DNA of 64,000 nucleotides from Eledone cirrhosa (lineage: Eukaryota): the NCBI GenBank assembly GCA_964016885.1, contig OZ024740.1, positions 388,182,001-388,246,000 of the forward strand, read 5' to 3'. A program made the translations under genes and the position numbers. The notes beneath the pieces are model-generated. The model was given only the letters and a program-made list of their open reading frames with translations, was not told the origin of the DNA and did not search any database. Every line of letters begins with the position of its first letter. Positions within the stretch are counted from its first letter, which is position 1. Positions 1 through 11,933 of the stretch are shown piece after piece.

Positions 1-1028
1 CAACCTTCGTGTTTCGCATTGAAGAAATGGTCTAATGCCATTCTCGCCGCTAGCACATCAGTTGCAATGCCACTACCAATAGCCTCGTCTAACTTATCTA
101 CCAACTCCCCCTCCTTTCTATTTTTCTCTAACGCTACTTCTTTGCTAAACTCTATCGACATTACTCTAATCTCTCTTTTGAGAGCCCCCCACCATCTATT
201 GTTGACGACTCCCCCTGTCAACTTTTTCTTAACTAAATTGTTGATCTGGTCCCTTTAAGCCTTACGTACCGGAAATGACATGTTTAGCTTCCAGTAACCA
301 GGTCCTAACCTACGCGTCTTATCTAGGTCGACCATACAGATCACAAACTTGTGATCTGAATAGGCGACCGTTTTAAAACGTGGACAGCTTACACTATTTC
401 TGTCTATTTTCCTAATGAAGATCCTGTCTATATACGATCTAGATGACCCTATGTGGTTAGCCCAGGTCCACACTGACGCATTAGGGAAATCTAATCGGTA
501 CCTGTCAGACAGTTGGAACTGGCTGATCAGGTTCTTGAGGCTTTTGCACCCCCGCTCCTCTCGGATACTTCCACACAGTCCCAGCGTGCGTCTAAGATGC
601 CGTTCCAGTCCCCTGTTACAGTAAAGGACGAGACGTACCCAGAAAGGCTTCCAGGCGTCTAAAGAAGTCCGGCCGTCCTGCCCCAGTAGGAGCATAGGCG
701 GCCACCAGTCTAAAGGCACCACCTTCATTATAGTTCACGTCCAGGACCACCAACTTCCTGTCCGGGTCTCGGAAGATCGACCTTACTCGAGATCCAGGCC
801 TTTCCTAAACAGCACTGCCACCCCGCCTCCCATTCCCGGCCGGCTAACAGATGCAAAGATCTGATAGTCGTCGAAAATGGGGGCTAGTGCACGCGTGTCG
901 GAAATACTGGTCTCGCTGACGGTAATTACATCCATTTCTAGAGACCTGAGGTCGTTGAGCAGGTGACCCTGCTTCCAGGATGATCCCAGGCCTCGAACAT
1001 TTAAACATCCTACTCTTAATACGGCCAT
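1..1028 (-). pseudogene. Degenerate Tx1-clade LINE ORF2 5' part (APE endonuclease), runs off window start
   Basis: MAVLRVGCLNVRGLGSSWKQGHLLNDL..., WTWANHIGSSRSYIDRIF, YSDHK and GPGYWKLN motifs over several frames; homologous to ORF2 at 11934. Confidence 0.9.
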
Positions 1029-1029
1029 G

Positions 1030-1828
1030 TTGGCAGGTTAAACAGAGAGAGAGAAAGGTTTCCTTATCTTCCGGGCTCTTGTGAAGGTCGGGTTGTTCGA
1101 CCTCCATAGTTGGTGGGGTTTCTTTTGGGAACCCCTTTAACAGTCTTGAAGTGGGTTTTACGTTCGGGGTTCCCACGTCCCGAGGAAAGCTGTCCCGTAT
1201 TTCTTTGAATATGTCGAGCGACATTCGCACCAGAACCAAATCCTCCGGCACGCGAAATGTGTTCGATTTAAAAGTTTCCCCCCTCTTTTTGTATATTTTC
1301 ACTTCGTGCTATGAATGCCATCAGTTCCTTGTTGGCCCTCCTGACGAGCACGAAGTTTTGTATGTTTTGTTGGTGTGATTTTATTTGTTTGCGTGGCTAT
1401 GGTGGTGATGGTTTTGGTGGTGTTGTTTCGGTTGTGTCTGTGTTTGTTGTGTGTGCGGTGTCTGTGGTTTCAGATGTTTGTGTGTATATTTGTTCTTGCG
1501 TCTGTTTAGGTTCTTTGCGTTTGGGGGATTCTGGTGATGGTGATGGTCGTGTTGATGTTGGTGTTATTGAAGAGATGTTTGCGTGGGTGGTGTCTGCATT
1601 TTTTATTGTGGGTGATTTTGTGCTTTGTTGAGTTTTTTTGTTTTTTGTGTTTCCTTTTTTTGTATTTTGGGGGATTTTGGTTTTCCCTCATCTTCACTAC
1701 TGGTAGATTAGGGGTCTGTGTCTGCAAGTGTGTCTGTATGTATGTTTATAGTTTTATTGGTGTGTGTATTTTTGGGGGGAGGGAGATTTTAACAGCTTTC
1801 CTCGTTTCCCCCCCTGGGTGGTCAATGT
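1030..1828 (-). pseudogene. C-terminal remnant of ORF1 of the same degenerate Tx1 element
   Basis: Directly upstream of the ORF2 ATG; Thr/Pro/Lys-rich low-complexity frames and ...IRDSFPRDVG resembling the KFPxxVGDF ends of the other ORF1s. Confidence 0.6.
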
Positions 1829-3641
1829 TGAAGACAGGCCCAAAGCCAGCCGCCCTCAGGACTGCCGCTAGGTAACGATGGTCGACCCTATCGAAAGCTT
1901 TCGACTGATCTAAATTTATCAAAGACCCACCCGTGCCAGGTTCCCTAGCTACCCTCTCTACGATGTATCGAATGAGGTGGAGGTTGTCGTGGATGGATCT
2001 GTCGGGAATGGCGCATGTCTGTGCCTCTCCCACCAGAACACCAACGACAAACGCCAACCTCTTCGCTAGCACCTTGCCAAAATCTTGAACTCTGTGTTTA
2101 GCAGAGTTATGGGCCTGAAATTATCTATGTTATCCCCCTTGTTCGGATCCTTTCTCAGCAGCGCCACCGCTCCTCGACTCACAGAGCTGGGAATACTCCC
2201 GTTCTGTTGCCAGTTGCAGTAGAAGTCCGCCAAGAGGCCTCCGAACAAGTCTGGCATTTGTACGTAAAGTTCATAGGGCAGACCATCCAAACCAGGCGAT
2301 TTACCCCTTGTGCAGCCAGTCATTGCCTCCCGTACTTCAGCGGCTGTTATCGGCTTTTCGCAACACTCCGCCTCAGTGGCCGAGGCCCGCGGCAGTCCGT
2401 CGAGGTAGACACTAAAGTCCATCCCTCGATCCGGTCCGCCGCTGTCCCCGAACAGTTGAGAGAAGTGTTGCTGAAAAGCTTCACACATTTGCCCGGGATC
2501 GAGTAGCATGCGCCCGTCGTGGTCCACCAAAGACCGGATCGTGGCTTTGTTGCCACGACGCGCCTCCGCCACTCGGGCCCATTGAACGGCTTTCGTCCCC
2601 TCGTGTCTGAGAGCACGCACCCTAGTTCTGACAACGCAGCCTTCGTGATTTGCATTGAAGAATTGGTCAAGGGCCAATTTCGCCGTAAGTACGTCGGTCG
2701 CGATGCCTTTGCTAAGCGCCTCGTCTAATTTTCTAACTAATTCTCCCTCTGCTCTATTTTTCTCTATTGCTAAAGCCTTACTAAACCTAATGGACTCTAT
2801 TCTAATTGCTCTTTTCAGAGCAAACCACCACTTGTTGTTGACGATGGCCCCCGTCAACGCTCGCTTAACTAGTTCGCTAATCCGGTCTCTGTAGGCCTTG
2901 TGCGCTGGTAAGGACGCGTTTAGCTTCCAGTAGCCGGGTCCTCGTCTATGAAACCTATCTAAGTGAAGCACAAAGATCACGAATTTGTGGTCCGTGTAGC
3001 TGACTATCTTGAATTGTGGACAGCCTATTCTAGACCTATCTATTTCCCTACAAAATACTCTACCTAGATATGATCTGGATGACCCGATGCGATTTGTCCA
3101 AGTCCACATTGGTACATTCGGGAAATCCAATCGGTACCTGTCAGACAGTTCAAAACGCCTGAGCAGGTTGGTGAGACTCTTGCACCCTCCTCCCCTATCC
3201 ACTAATCCAACACAATCCCAGCGTGCATCTAAGATCCCGTTCCAGTCGCCCACTAATACTAAAGAGCGGGACGTTCCAAGAAAGGTCTCCAGACGCCGGA
3301 AGAAATCAGGCCGCCCTGCTCCTGTCGGGGCATAGACGGCCACTAGCCTGAAAGCTTGCCGGTCTCCGCTGGTCACGTCTAGCAAGATGGCCCGTATGGC
3401 GAGATCCAAACCTCTCCGAAAAAGCACAGCAACTCCTCCCCCCCTATCCAGGACGGCTGGGAGATGCGTACACATCGTAGCCGCCGAAGATCGGTGCGAA
3501 GGCCCGTGCTTCGGAGATTCTGGTCTCGCTGATGGCCACTACATCTATGTTTAGTGACCTGAGGTCGTTGAGCAGGTGGCCCTGCTTCCATGACGACCCC
3601 AAGCCACGCGCATTTATGCTGCCTATTCTGAGTGAGGTCAT
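1829..3641 (-). pseudogene. Tx1 copy B ORF2 (APE + N-terminal RT), disrupted and truncated
   Basis: MTSLRIGSINARG start, KSPGLDGLP, FRPITLLN, LDQSKAFDRVDH; frameshifts and an internal deletion. Confidence 0.92.
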
Positions 3642-3675
3642 GTTGAAATGGAGTGGAAAAGATGGGAAAGACCAC

Positions 3676-5391
3676 TTACCTTACTTCTCGTAGAGGAAGG
3701 ATGGTTTTTCCATCCTTTTCACTCCTTGTGGCCTCCTCCGGAAGGATGTCCTTATAAATCCTCCTGGAGAGTGTTTGTCGGAAGTCTCCGATGTCTTTGG
3801 GGAATTTTTGTTTTACTGTCGTGTACGTTTTCTGTGTGACGCGAGTGATTTGTATGTGTGGAGGTGGTGTGAACTTTTGGGTTGTTGTGTAGTCTTTTTC
3901 TGTGATGCTGGTGTTGTGTTGCATGTAGTGTAATAATTGGTTGTTGTTCAAATTTAATGCTGTGTAGTGTGTATCGTTTTGGTTGTTTTGTTTTGTTTGA
4001 GTTTGTTGTGGGTTTGTTTCTGTTACGCTTTTTGGTGCCTTTTGTCGTGTTGGTGATGGTGGTGTTGGGGTTAATGATGGTGATGATGTTTGTGTTTGTT
4101 GTGATGGGGTTGGTGATGCTGGTGTGGATGGTGGCATACCTGTCTTAACTTTCTTGTTCAATAATTTATTTGTTTCCCTCTGTATTTTGTTTTTTGAGGG
4201 GGAAAGAAGAGAATTTTTTCTTTTTTGGTTTTTTTTTTTTCTTTTTTCCTGATACCATTTGCCACTCCTCGTCGTCACAATCTGTCTCCAGTTGCGATAA
4301 GCCGGGGAGTGAAAAATCTTCCACAGGCGTTGGTTTTGGTTGTGGCGTGGTGGATGGTGTAGGCGCTGATGCTAGTTCTGGGGCGTTGGGTGGTGGTGGT
4401 GTTGGTTTTGCTACTGTTGCTGGGGTTGTTGCTGTTACAGTTGCTTCTGTTGTTGCTGCTACAGTTGTTGCTGCTATTTCTGCTGCTGGTGGTGTTGATG
4501 GTTGAGTCACTGAGGTGGGTAAGAGAGGTGGCCTCAACCTTTTAGCCTGAGGGCAGAAAGCCCTTAGGTGGGTTCCTTCACCACAAACGACACACCTAGG
4601 TATTCTGCCCTCGACGATTACGGTGAGGTGGCTGCCGTCAGTGAGGTCTATTACCTCTGGAATCTCTTCAATGCTTTTATGGTCCGCTTGGATCAGGAGC
4701 TCCATCCCAGATCCGGACCAGTTCTCCTGCTTTTCTTTTGCTATTTCTATTATTTTGGTGTTGGCCTCGATGCCGGCGAGGACGGCAGCCATTAGCCAGG
4801 GAATTTCGATGGCCGGTGAAACGTGGGTCACCCTGATCTTCACAAGTCTCTGTCCACAATAGCTTGGTATGAGTGTGAAGTCGTCACTTCTTAATGGGAC
4901 CATGGAATGTTCTCTGGCCTCCTGTGGTGTTTCAAAGAACACGTCCACGGTTCCATACTTCTGCCCACGTCTGATGTGGGGTTTTTTCCCCACACATGTC
5001 CCAAAGCTTTTTGGATTTGGGACTCAGATGCCCGTTCCACTCGGCGCGATTTTATGTTTATTGTCCGATAAGACACGGTGCATAGGCGACGTTGCTCCAT
5101 TTTATTAGGTGGGGGAGGGGTGAGGCTGACCCTGTACCCATCTTTCTTTACCATTCCTTTGGCTTCGTCTAATTCTTCCTGAGTTACCTGAATCGCTTCG
5201 CACGTTTTTGCTACTCTGGCAAAACTCAGGGTAGTTTTATTAATTTCATTGTTGCTGTTGTTATTATCGTTATTTTTGCTATTGTTAATTTTAGTTTCAG
5301 TTGTGGCGGCGGTGGCTTCAGTGGTGTTCGGTGTGGAATAGTTCATTTTGGTTGAATTCATTTCGATATCATGAGTTAATAAAATCGCCAA
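3676..5391 (-). pseudogene. Tx1 copy B ORF1 (gag-like CCHC zinc knuckle), frameshifted
   Basis: Three overlapping frames; CVVCGEGTHLRAFC knuckle; RRVERASESQIQKALG homologous to the ORF1 at 9802. Confidence 0.88.
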
Positions 5392-5599
5392 GTCTCTGTA
5401 GTATGATAAATAAATAAAGGCATTTATACTGGTTCTCCTTCGCGCTGGATAACAAGGTTACCTCCAGGCTTTAGGTAGAGGAACCTATACTGCATTCTCC
5501 ATCCAACGCTGCAAGAATTGACGATTGGTCTGGGTCATATCCTGGTCGGCGTGGGATTGACACACAAAGATTGCGTTTTCGGAGACCCTAAAGAGAGCC

Positions 5600-5735
5600 T
5601 TGAAGAGTGCAAACCTTGACAATTGGCAACTGGAACGTTACAACTCCTACATGTAAGAAGCAGAAAGTTGTGAAGGAAAGCAGACACTGCTGGCTGTGTA
5701 TCGTCGGAATTCCTTGGATCTGATACTGTTGTTAT
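5600..5735 (+). pseudogene. Fragment of RTE-type APE endonuclease N-terminus
   Basis: Manual translation CKPLTIGNWNVTTPTCKKQKVVKESRHCWLCIVGI resembles the xGxWNV...DIVGI start of APE domains. Confidence 0.55.
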
Positions 5736-8153
5736 GGTCACATTATGTGTAATGCGAATCCAGATACACCCTTTGAGAACCGTGCAAACATTGTTGTTTT
5801 AGTTGATAAACAGACGATTGCTTTCCTAAGCTAACAGATGTATTGGCAATAAAATGTTATTACTTAGACTTTATTTGACAGCTCTCTCAAAAGCCACGAT
5901 GAAATGTCTAATAATTAAATCCTTCTCCATCAATACGTATTATATGTAGAAAATGAAAATCAATTATCATTCTCGTTCTTTAAGTATAATTATTTTCCAT
6001 TAATATTAAATGACCTTTTCTTTTAGTTTTCTAACACTAATTCACTAATATCAAAATAGATGAGACTATACTGTGATCAAGTCATTTGATTGCGATTCTA
6101 TATTTTGATGTTGCACCATGTCTGGAAATTTTAATCTGAATGATACACGTTCTCACCGTATACTATGTGTAATGTCCGTCTATATAAGACTATTAAATAA
6201 AAAAAATTATGTTTAAACTCTTAAACATAAACTATAAAAACTTAGTATTAAATATTGACAAATTTGTTAATCGAACAAACCGAAACAATCTTAATTATGT
6301 GTTAACATGATGAGCGGTTCCAAAGCCCCCACTTAGATCGATAATGTTTGTGATATTTCCAAACATTGTTTATCTAAGTGAAGAGAAAAGCTTCCAATGA
6401 GTAATCTAAAGCTGAAATATTTTTACTAGTTTAACTTTATTATGTACTTTTGTCTAGTAACATAAGAAACATGATATATGAAACTTCATCCGGGATGAAA
6501 TGTTTGTTCAGATTAAATTCAGAAATTAACAGCGATAATCCATCATACACTCTTAATTGCTAATGTTCTATTTATTTCTATGTAAATCTAATAAGCGCAA
6601 CAGAGGAAAATTGGCTTTAGTTAATCTGACTCGCTGAATCTGTTATAATTTCTTCGTAATATCCATCATTCTATTCGGAAATATATGAATTCAAATAATC
6701 TCATTTTAGCTACAGATAGATTTATGTGTCTTGCATTTTAGCTCTCTATATAATAATGTGTGTTTACCTTGGACAACAACGAAGAGGAAACATTTAGGCA
6801 TGACACGCCTGTTACGTAGCAACGATTCTTAGATATACGTTTAATATACATTGATTATACATTTGAAATCTTCTTCGATCCCACATCTATAATAAAACTT
6901 ACAAATTAAAACGAAGTGCTCCAATGGATATAGTATTAACTATTTTATCAAAACTAATTAATTCGAATTTACAACAAGAATATCAATTTGTTATAGTTCC
7001 TATTCTTGTGCACAATGCTATTAGACCAACAGAGAAGTCTAGACCAGTCGATTTTGCGAGTCAGCCCTCACCTCTGATAGTAGCCCTTTAACTTCATATA
7101 TATTGTAAAATACACTTGGGAATTAACGATATTTTCAACTCTGATTATTCTAAGACTTAAAGAAAGAATTTTTGCTTTAATTCCAGTCGAAATATTGGTA
7201 TCCAGACGTAATGACAGAATTGAAAGAAGATCAGCATTGGATTCCTGTTTACTTATGAAGTTGGTCGCAGGAATATCATTGTGGTTAAGAATTACACTTC
7301 GCAACACATGCCTATTGGGACAAAATTTAGTGAGTGGTAGCGCGTGTAAGTCGTTTCTACTATAGTTCTAGTTCGACTAAGGACATATCAGAGAAACTAC
7401 ATAGACCAGTGAGATACCTTTTCTCCTTGCATGGCAGTCTTAATCTTTCATTCAGTTGAACTCCACCATCTGACATGTAGTAGAATACTAAAGCGTTTTA
7501 GCAGAGTCCACTTGCTTGCAGATATTCCGACCAAGTCTTTAATCTTAGAATACCAGCTTCTCTTCCACCTGTCAATTTCAGAAGCCGTAATAGAGTCATA
7601 AGTGCGGCAATGTTTCCTTTCCTTATGCCAACTGAAAAAAAAGTATGACTAGAATGCGGCGTGTTCAAATTACTACGTAAGTACCAGTCACTAAAAGTAA
7701 ATACTAACAGTGACAACATATGAACTGCCGAGCCTTCTGCTGTAAATCCTGTGCCTTTTTAAGTTTTGAGTTCTGCAATCAGTTACCAATTTTAAAGAAA
7801 TCAATGTTATATTGATCGGTCATTAAGTAGTTTCTGAAAATTGACCTATATAACGATTGGATACGTCTGTTGCATATGTGTTTTATTCATGTTGGTTTAT
7901 GAATTTAATATTTGTATATATATTATAGATGCATCTGTTGAAGAGACGATCATAAACCAGGGGAAAATGAAATAAAGCATTTGAAAATATATAAAATGTA
8001 ATTGAAAATTCATACAACGCAAAGCAGAATCTTATACAAACCAAATTTCGGTTGAGAATATATATCATTTACTGAGGGAAAAGTTACAACAGACATTTAT
8101 ATTACATAATAACAAAAGATTAGTGTTTTACATTATTGCACGGACACATACAA

Positions 8154-8156
<3 letters not shown>

Positions 8157-8230
<74 letters not shown>
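8157..8230. repeat. (CA)n microsatellite
   Basis: Direct reading. Confidence 0.98.
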
Positions 8231-8236
<6 letters not shown>

Positions 8237-8248
8237 CATACAGACACA

Positions 8249-9365
8249 TCTATATATATAAAACTGAAGATGTCTGTCTGTGTGTGTGTGAGTTTGAATC
8301 CCTAAAACTCGAGAAGCACCAAACCGACTGTTTTCAAACTTTACACATGTAATACTTATGTTTCAGGGAGTGTTCTGAGCAAAAACATTTCAAAATTTCA
8401 ATGTCCTAGGGACCGCATTAGGCGGTTTAGCGATCCCTCTCTCTATAATTCTTAGTCTTTCTCTTTTTAGATAGATACATACATATAACGTCGCGCCCTT
8501 ATAATATTTAAGTTTTGAGTTCTGCAATCAGTTACCAATTTTAAAGAAATCAATGTTATATTGATCGGTCATTAAGTAGTTTCTGAAAATTGACCTATAT
8601 AACGATTGGATACGTCTGTTGCATATGTGTTTTATTCATGTTGGTTTATGAATTTAATATTTGTATATATATTATAGATGCATCTGTTGAAGAGACGATC
8701 ATAAACCAGGGGAAAATGATGTATGTCTTGCTGTCTGCACTACGTCACTTCCCTTAGGATGTCTGTCTGTGTGTGTGTGAGTTTGAATCCCTAAAACTCG
8801 AGAAGTAGCCAACCGACTTTTTTCAAACTTTAGATGTGTATTACTTATATTTCAGGGAGTGTTATGCACATAAACATTTCAACTTTTGATCCCTTAGGTG
8901 AAAAACTGCGTTTTCTTCAGCTTTTTAGGGGTTTTTTGAGGCGTTACGTCAGACCGATTTCCTTGAAATTGTAACTATGTATTAGTCAGTCTTTTCTTCA
9001 TACTGTGAGCAAAGAAAATCCAACTTTTTTATGGCCTAGGGCCCGCATTAGGTGAAAAACTTAATTTTTTCAGCTTTTTAGGGCTTTTTTGAGGCGTTAC
9101 GTCTAGCCGATTTTTCCCGAAATTTCAAGGCATATTATACACATAAAAAAACTTCATTTTCTTGATCCCATAGGGCCTGCATTAGGTGAAAACCTGCATT
9201 TTTCCTGTTTCATCGAGGAAAATCTTAAAGATTATCCAGCCATCAGAGTATTCGGTTTATATTTTTTACATATTGTCCAAGCATGCAGTTTTTCCACGAT
9301 TAGGTTTGTTGGCGGCCCGCGTTCCAAAATACCTTATCCCGTGCGACGCCGGGTACCACTGCTAT
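8249..9365 (+). mobile_element. Non-autonomous Helitron
   Basis: A|TCTATATATATAAAA 5' end; 3' hairpin CCCGTGCGACGCCGGG (9338-9353) followed by CTAT (degenerate CTAG); internal tandem subrepeats. Confidence 0.75.
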
Positions 9366-9801
9366 TATATATATATATATTTATTTATTCAATTGAAGAA
9401 AGTTGGTTGATTGGGAAATCCGCCGACGTTTTCTTAAGAGATGTAAAGCACTTCATAATTTTTGTTGATCCGGAGTTTTATTATAACAATAAACAAGAAA
9501 GACAGTTTCATTTGTACACTCTTATTTATTTTATAGGAGTGTACAAATGAAACCGTCCTTCTTGTTTATTATTATTATTATTATTATTGAATGCCATGGT
9601 TGACGGAGGCTCGGCTCTGTAAGGTATAGTAATTTTTAACCGTTAAAACAATTGTAAATTGTTTAAAACTTGAACCAAATTGTTGATAAAGACACCCTCC
9701 TCCTCGTGAGAGGGGTCTTTCTGTCCGTTATTTGGCCCTTCGGGGTTAAATAACCAGTTATTGGGGTTTTGTACCCAAAATTTCATTTTAAACAAAAAAA
9801 C

Positions 9802-11898
9802 ATGGCTACCAAAAAGAAATTTCATACGTCACTCCCACTCATTCCGTCTTCTTCTTCCTCAATCATCACTACAGCAGAGAGAAGATTGTCTCTCTCCCTC
9901 CCTTCTTTAAATGTGTCTCTCTCCCTCCCTTCTCTTTCGCAAGTGACGAAAGAAAAGAAAAGTCTCGTGCAAAGCGTGCAAGGTTTCTCCACGACGACGA
10001 CGACAGCGACGAAACAGGTGTGCGGGAAATACGAAAACCCAGTTCATTCGTCTGACGTCAGGAATAATAGCAGTAGCAGCCGTAATAACAACAGCAACAG
10101 TGACAATGAAAACAACAGTAGCAGCCGCAACAGCATCACCAGCAGCATAAACAACAACAGCATTAGCAGCAGCAACACCAACAACAACCACAGCAACAGC
10201 GGCGGAGGCAGTAGTCGTAGTACCTGCAGCAACAACAAAAGTACCAGCAGCTCTGACGACAACAACAACAGCAGAGAAAAACCAATCTCATTTGCAGGTA
10301 TTGCGAAAAATTTGGAAACAATCCTCATAACAAATGAGGAATTAGAGGAAGCGAAGAAGATGGTGACAAAGAACGGACACCGAGCAATCTGCAAGGCAGC
10401 GAAAAAATTTTTCGAAACCCAAGAGCACTGTACGGTCACGTACCGTACAGTAAGTACAAAATCCCGTAGGGTGGAAAGAGCCACAGAGGCCCAAATACAA
10501 AAAGCCTTGGGGTCTGTGTGGCAGCGGAAAACGCACATCACCCGAGGCAAAAAATATGCCACCGTAGACGTACTTTTTGCCACACCCCAGGAGGCAAAGG
10601 TCCAATCAGTAGTGACCCTAAGGAGCGAGGAAATGGTGTTGGTGCCCTCCTACTGTGGGCAAAAAATTGTGAGGGTCAAACTGACCCACGTCCCCCCCGG
10701 AATGACCCCTTCTTGGCTGGCCGCGTCTGTCCTCGTCGGAATCGAGGACAAAACAACTGTACTGCAAGTACAGAAAAAAGTAAGAGAAGATTGGGTCGGC
10801 TCCTCCATTGAGATGCTAATCCAAACCAACCAGGAGTGCATCGAAGCTATCCCGGATGTGATAGACTTCGATAACGGCACTCAACTGCCCATAAGTGTTG
10901 AGGGCAAACGCCCGAAATGCTTTCGCTGTGGATCGAAGACTCACCTCAGGGCCTTCTGCAACGAGAAGACCCTGAGAAAGGAGAAAACCCCCCTCCTTCC
11001 GAATCCGGCTCCACGGCTACCAGCAACAGGACAAGCGGCAACCAGGAACGATAGGCCCGTGGCACCCATACCCACTCCACGGAAATCAAAAACAGCAGCA
11101 GCAGTGGAAATACTAACAACAACAACAGCAATACCAAATGCAGCTGCAACAGAGACTCCAGTGCAAACATCACCAACAACAACAAGTGAAAGAGTGGAGT
11201 TGGTACCCCTCCCCGACCTCACAGAATCAGACATGGAGTGTGAGGTGGGAGAGAGATGGCAAAAGGTCGTAAGAAGGCACAAACGCAGAAGCAGCGCATC
11301 GTCGCCTTTGAAAAGTGAGGAAAGAAATGAGAAAAGGGTAAAGTCTACTGCAAAGAGACCCACAGCAGCAACAACACCAACACCATCACCACCCACACTA
11401 GCGCCACCATCACCACCGGCGACAACCCCACCGCCAACAACACCTTCAACACCACCACCACAAGCACCAACATCGCAAACACAACAACAAAACACACACA
11501 CCCAGCAACAACGACAAGAAAATAGCAGAACCACACCCCACCCCCAGAAAAACAAATGCACGGCAATAAATACACACAACAAGAAACTAATGACTTACAT
11601 AATTGAACACACAGACATTTCACAACAGGACTACATAATACCAGCACCAATCAAAACGCCAACTAACATAAGACTGCTAAAAATAGCACAGAAACAATAC
11701 ACAAATATTAAAACGAAATTCCCCAACGCAGTTGGTGATTTCAGGGACCTAGGAGGAACCATCAATCGAAGAGTATACTCAGACATTCTCTTAGAAGAGC
11801 CGACGACCAGCCGAAGGGACGATTCAACGGTCCCTTCACCAGACGATCAAGTGAAAAGGGATGTAAAAACCATCCCTCCTCTACCAAAAATACGGTAA
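9802..11898 (+). CDS. Tx1 ORF1 nucleic-acid-binding protein with CCHC knuckle
   Basis: Open frame from ATG 9802 (MATKKK); CFRCGSKTHLRAFC; Ser/Asn- and Pro/Thr-rich linkers. Confidence 0.9.
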   Translation: MATKKKFHTSLPLIPSSSSSIITTAERRLSLSLPSLNVSLSLPSLSQVTKEKKSLVQSVQGFSTTTTTATKQVCGKYENPVHSSDVRNNSSSSRNNNSNSDNENNSSSRNSITSSINNNSISSSNTNNNHSNSGGGSSRSTCSNNKSTSSSDDNNNSREKPISFAGIAKNLETILITNEELEEAKKMVTKNGHRAICKAAKKFFETQEHCTVTYRTVSTKSRRVERATEAQIQKALGSVWQRKTHITRGKKYATVDVLFATPQEAKVQSVVTLRSEEMVLVPSYCGQKIVRVKLTHVPPGMTPSWLAASVLVGIEDKTTVLQVQKKVREDWVGSSIEMLIQTNQECIEAIPDVIDFDNGTQLPISVEGKRPKCFRCGSKTHLRAFCNEKTLRKEKTPLLPNPAPRLPATGQAATRNDRPVAPIPTPRKSKTAAAVEILTTTTAIPNAAATETPVQTSPTTTSERVELVPLPDLTESDMECEVGERWQKVVRRHKRRSSASSPLKSEERNEKRVKSTAKRPTAATTPTPSPPTLAPPSPPATTPPPTTPSTPPPQAPTSQTQQQNTHTQQQRQENSRTTPHPQKNKCTAINTHNKKLMTYIIEHTDISQQDYIIPAPIKTPTNIRLLKIAQKQYTNIKTKFPNAVGDFRDLGGTINRRVYSDILLEEPTTSRRDDSTVPSPDDQVKRDVKTIPPLPKIR

Positions 11899-11933
11899 GT
11901 GGTCTTTCCCATCTTTTCCACTCTATTTTAAAC

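Larger units (their letters stand above)
1829..5400 (-). mobile_element. Tx1-clade LINE copy B, 3'-truncated inside RT
   Basis: Frameshifted ORF1 (5391-3676) and ORF2 (3641-1829); ORF2 nearly identical to 11934 onward and stops at ...AAGFGPVF. Confidence 0.92.

Noticed and set aside
7068-7719. Possible host exons (79 aa and 73 aa ORFs)
   Set aside because: No recognisable domain or convincing splice context
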